Shown one piece after another: positions 63,672-64,000 of a DNA stretch of 64,000 nucleotides (the stretch's first letter is position 1; the number at the start of each line of letters is the position of its first letter). The position numbers and the translations under genes were made by a program. The stretch comes from Candidatus Krumholzibacteriota bacterium. Its GTDB lineage: Bacteria; Krumholzibacteriota; Krumholzibacteriia; JAJRXK01. Location of the stretch: the NCBI GenBank assembly GCA_963727455.1, contig CAVSGG010000001.1, positions 32,001 to 96,000 of the forward strand, read 5' to 3'. The notes beneath the pieces were generated by a model. It made no database searches and was not told the DNA's origin. It worked only from the letters and a program-made list of their open reading frames with translations.

Positions 63672-64000
63672 GGGTCAAAGGGCTCGCCAACATGGTACAG
63701 AACACGGCGGTTGCCACGAACGAAGGTTCGACATCGTACTCGGTGGCGAGGATGGTATTCAGGACGGCCGAGGGCATAGCCATCTCCAGTACCCCGGCCT
63801 GGTAGTTGGCGCCCTGGAGATGGAAGAGCTGTGCCAGGAGGAGTCCGGCGCCGGCGCCTCCCACTAGCCGGAAGATCACCGCGGTGCACAGGGCCTTCGG
63901 GTGGTGGCGTGGGCTGGCGCGGCGCAGCTGCATGCCCAGAATCACCAGGAATACCGGAATGGTCGCCTCGGCCAAGAGATCCACGGTACGCTGAAGACCA
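63640..64000 (-). CDS. AEC (auxin efflux carrier) family transporter, 3' part only
   Basis: IPVFLVILGMQL, LEMAMPSAV..LATEY, TMLASPLTL; ORF runs off the window end. Confidence 0.78.
   Translation of the reverse strand, partial: GLQRTVDLLAEATIPVFLVILGMQLRRASPRHHPKALCTAVIFRLVGGAGAGLLLAQLFHLQGANYQAGVLEMAMPSAVLNTILATEYDVEPSFVATAVFCTMLASPLTLTPLLHFLLG

Overview
GC-rich bacterial chromosome segment spanning the replication origin. Core: bactofilin, M23 peptidase, parB, parA, two parS sites, rsmG, jag, yidC, yidD, rnpA and rpmH on the minus strand, then dnaA, oriC, dnaN, recF, dciA, gyrB and gyrA on the plus strand. The left arm carries secreted cohesin/dockerin-like proteins, a MarR-TolC fusion with an EmrAB-type pump, a hexaheme cytochrome with a FlgD-Ig/T9SS-like tail, and an ECF sigma/anti-sigma/Spy-CpxP cluster. 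The right arm carries pntAB, tRNA-His plus hisS, an SGNH-MBOAT-SGNH O-acylation locus, gltA, a DegP/Q protease and two VPS10/BNR proteins. FlgD-Ig tails and 'WGxxKxxY/F' C-termini suggest an FCB-related candidate phylum (Krumholzibacteria/Eisenbacteria/Latescibacteria-like); this is inference only. The best leads are: (1) a tRNA-His with no encoded G-1, carrying G1:U72 and A73, next to a Caulobacter/Rhizobiales-type HisRS; (2) a short C-terminal WG-K motif shared by two unrelated secreted proteins; (3) a MarR regulator fused ahead of the TolC signal peptide; (4) a 25-bp palindrome found four times around oriC; (5) a secreted multiheme cytochrome and a cohesin/dockerin pair. No CRISPR array, rRNA gene or mobile element was seen.
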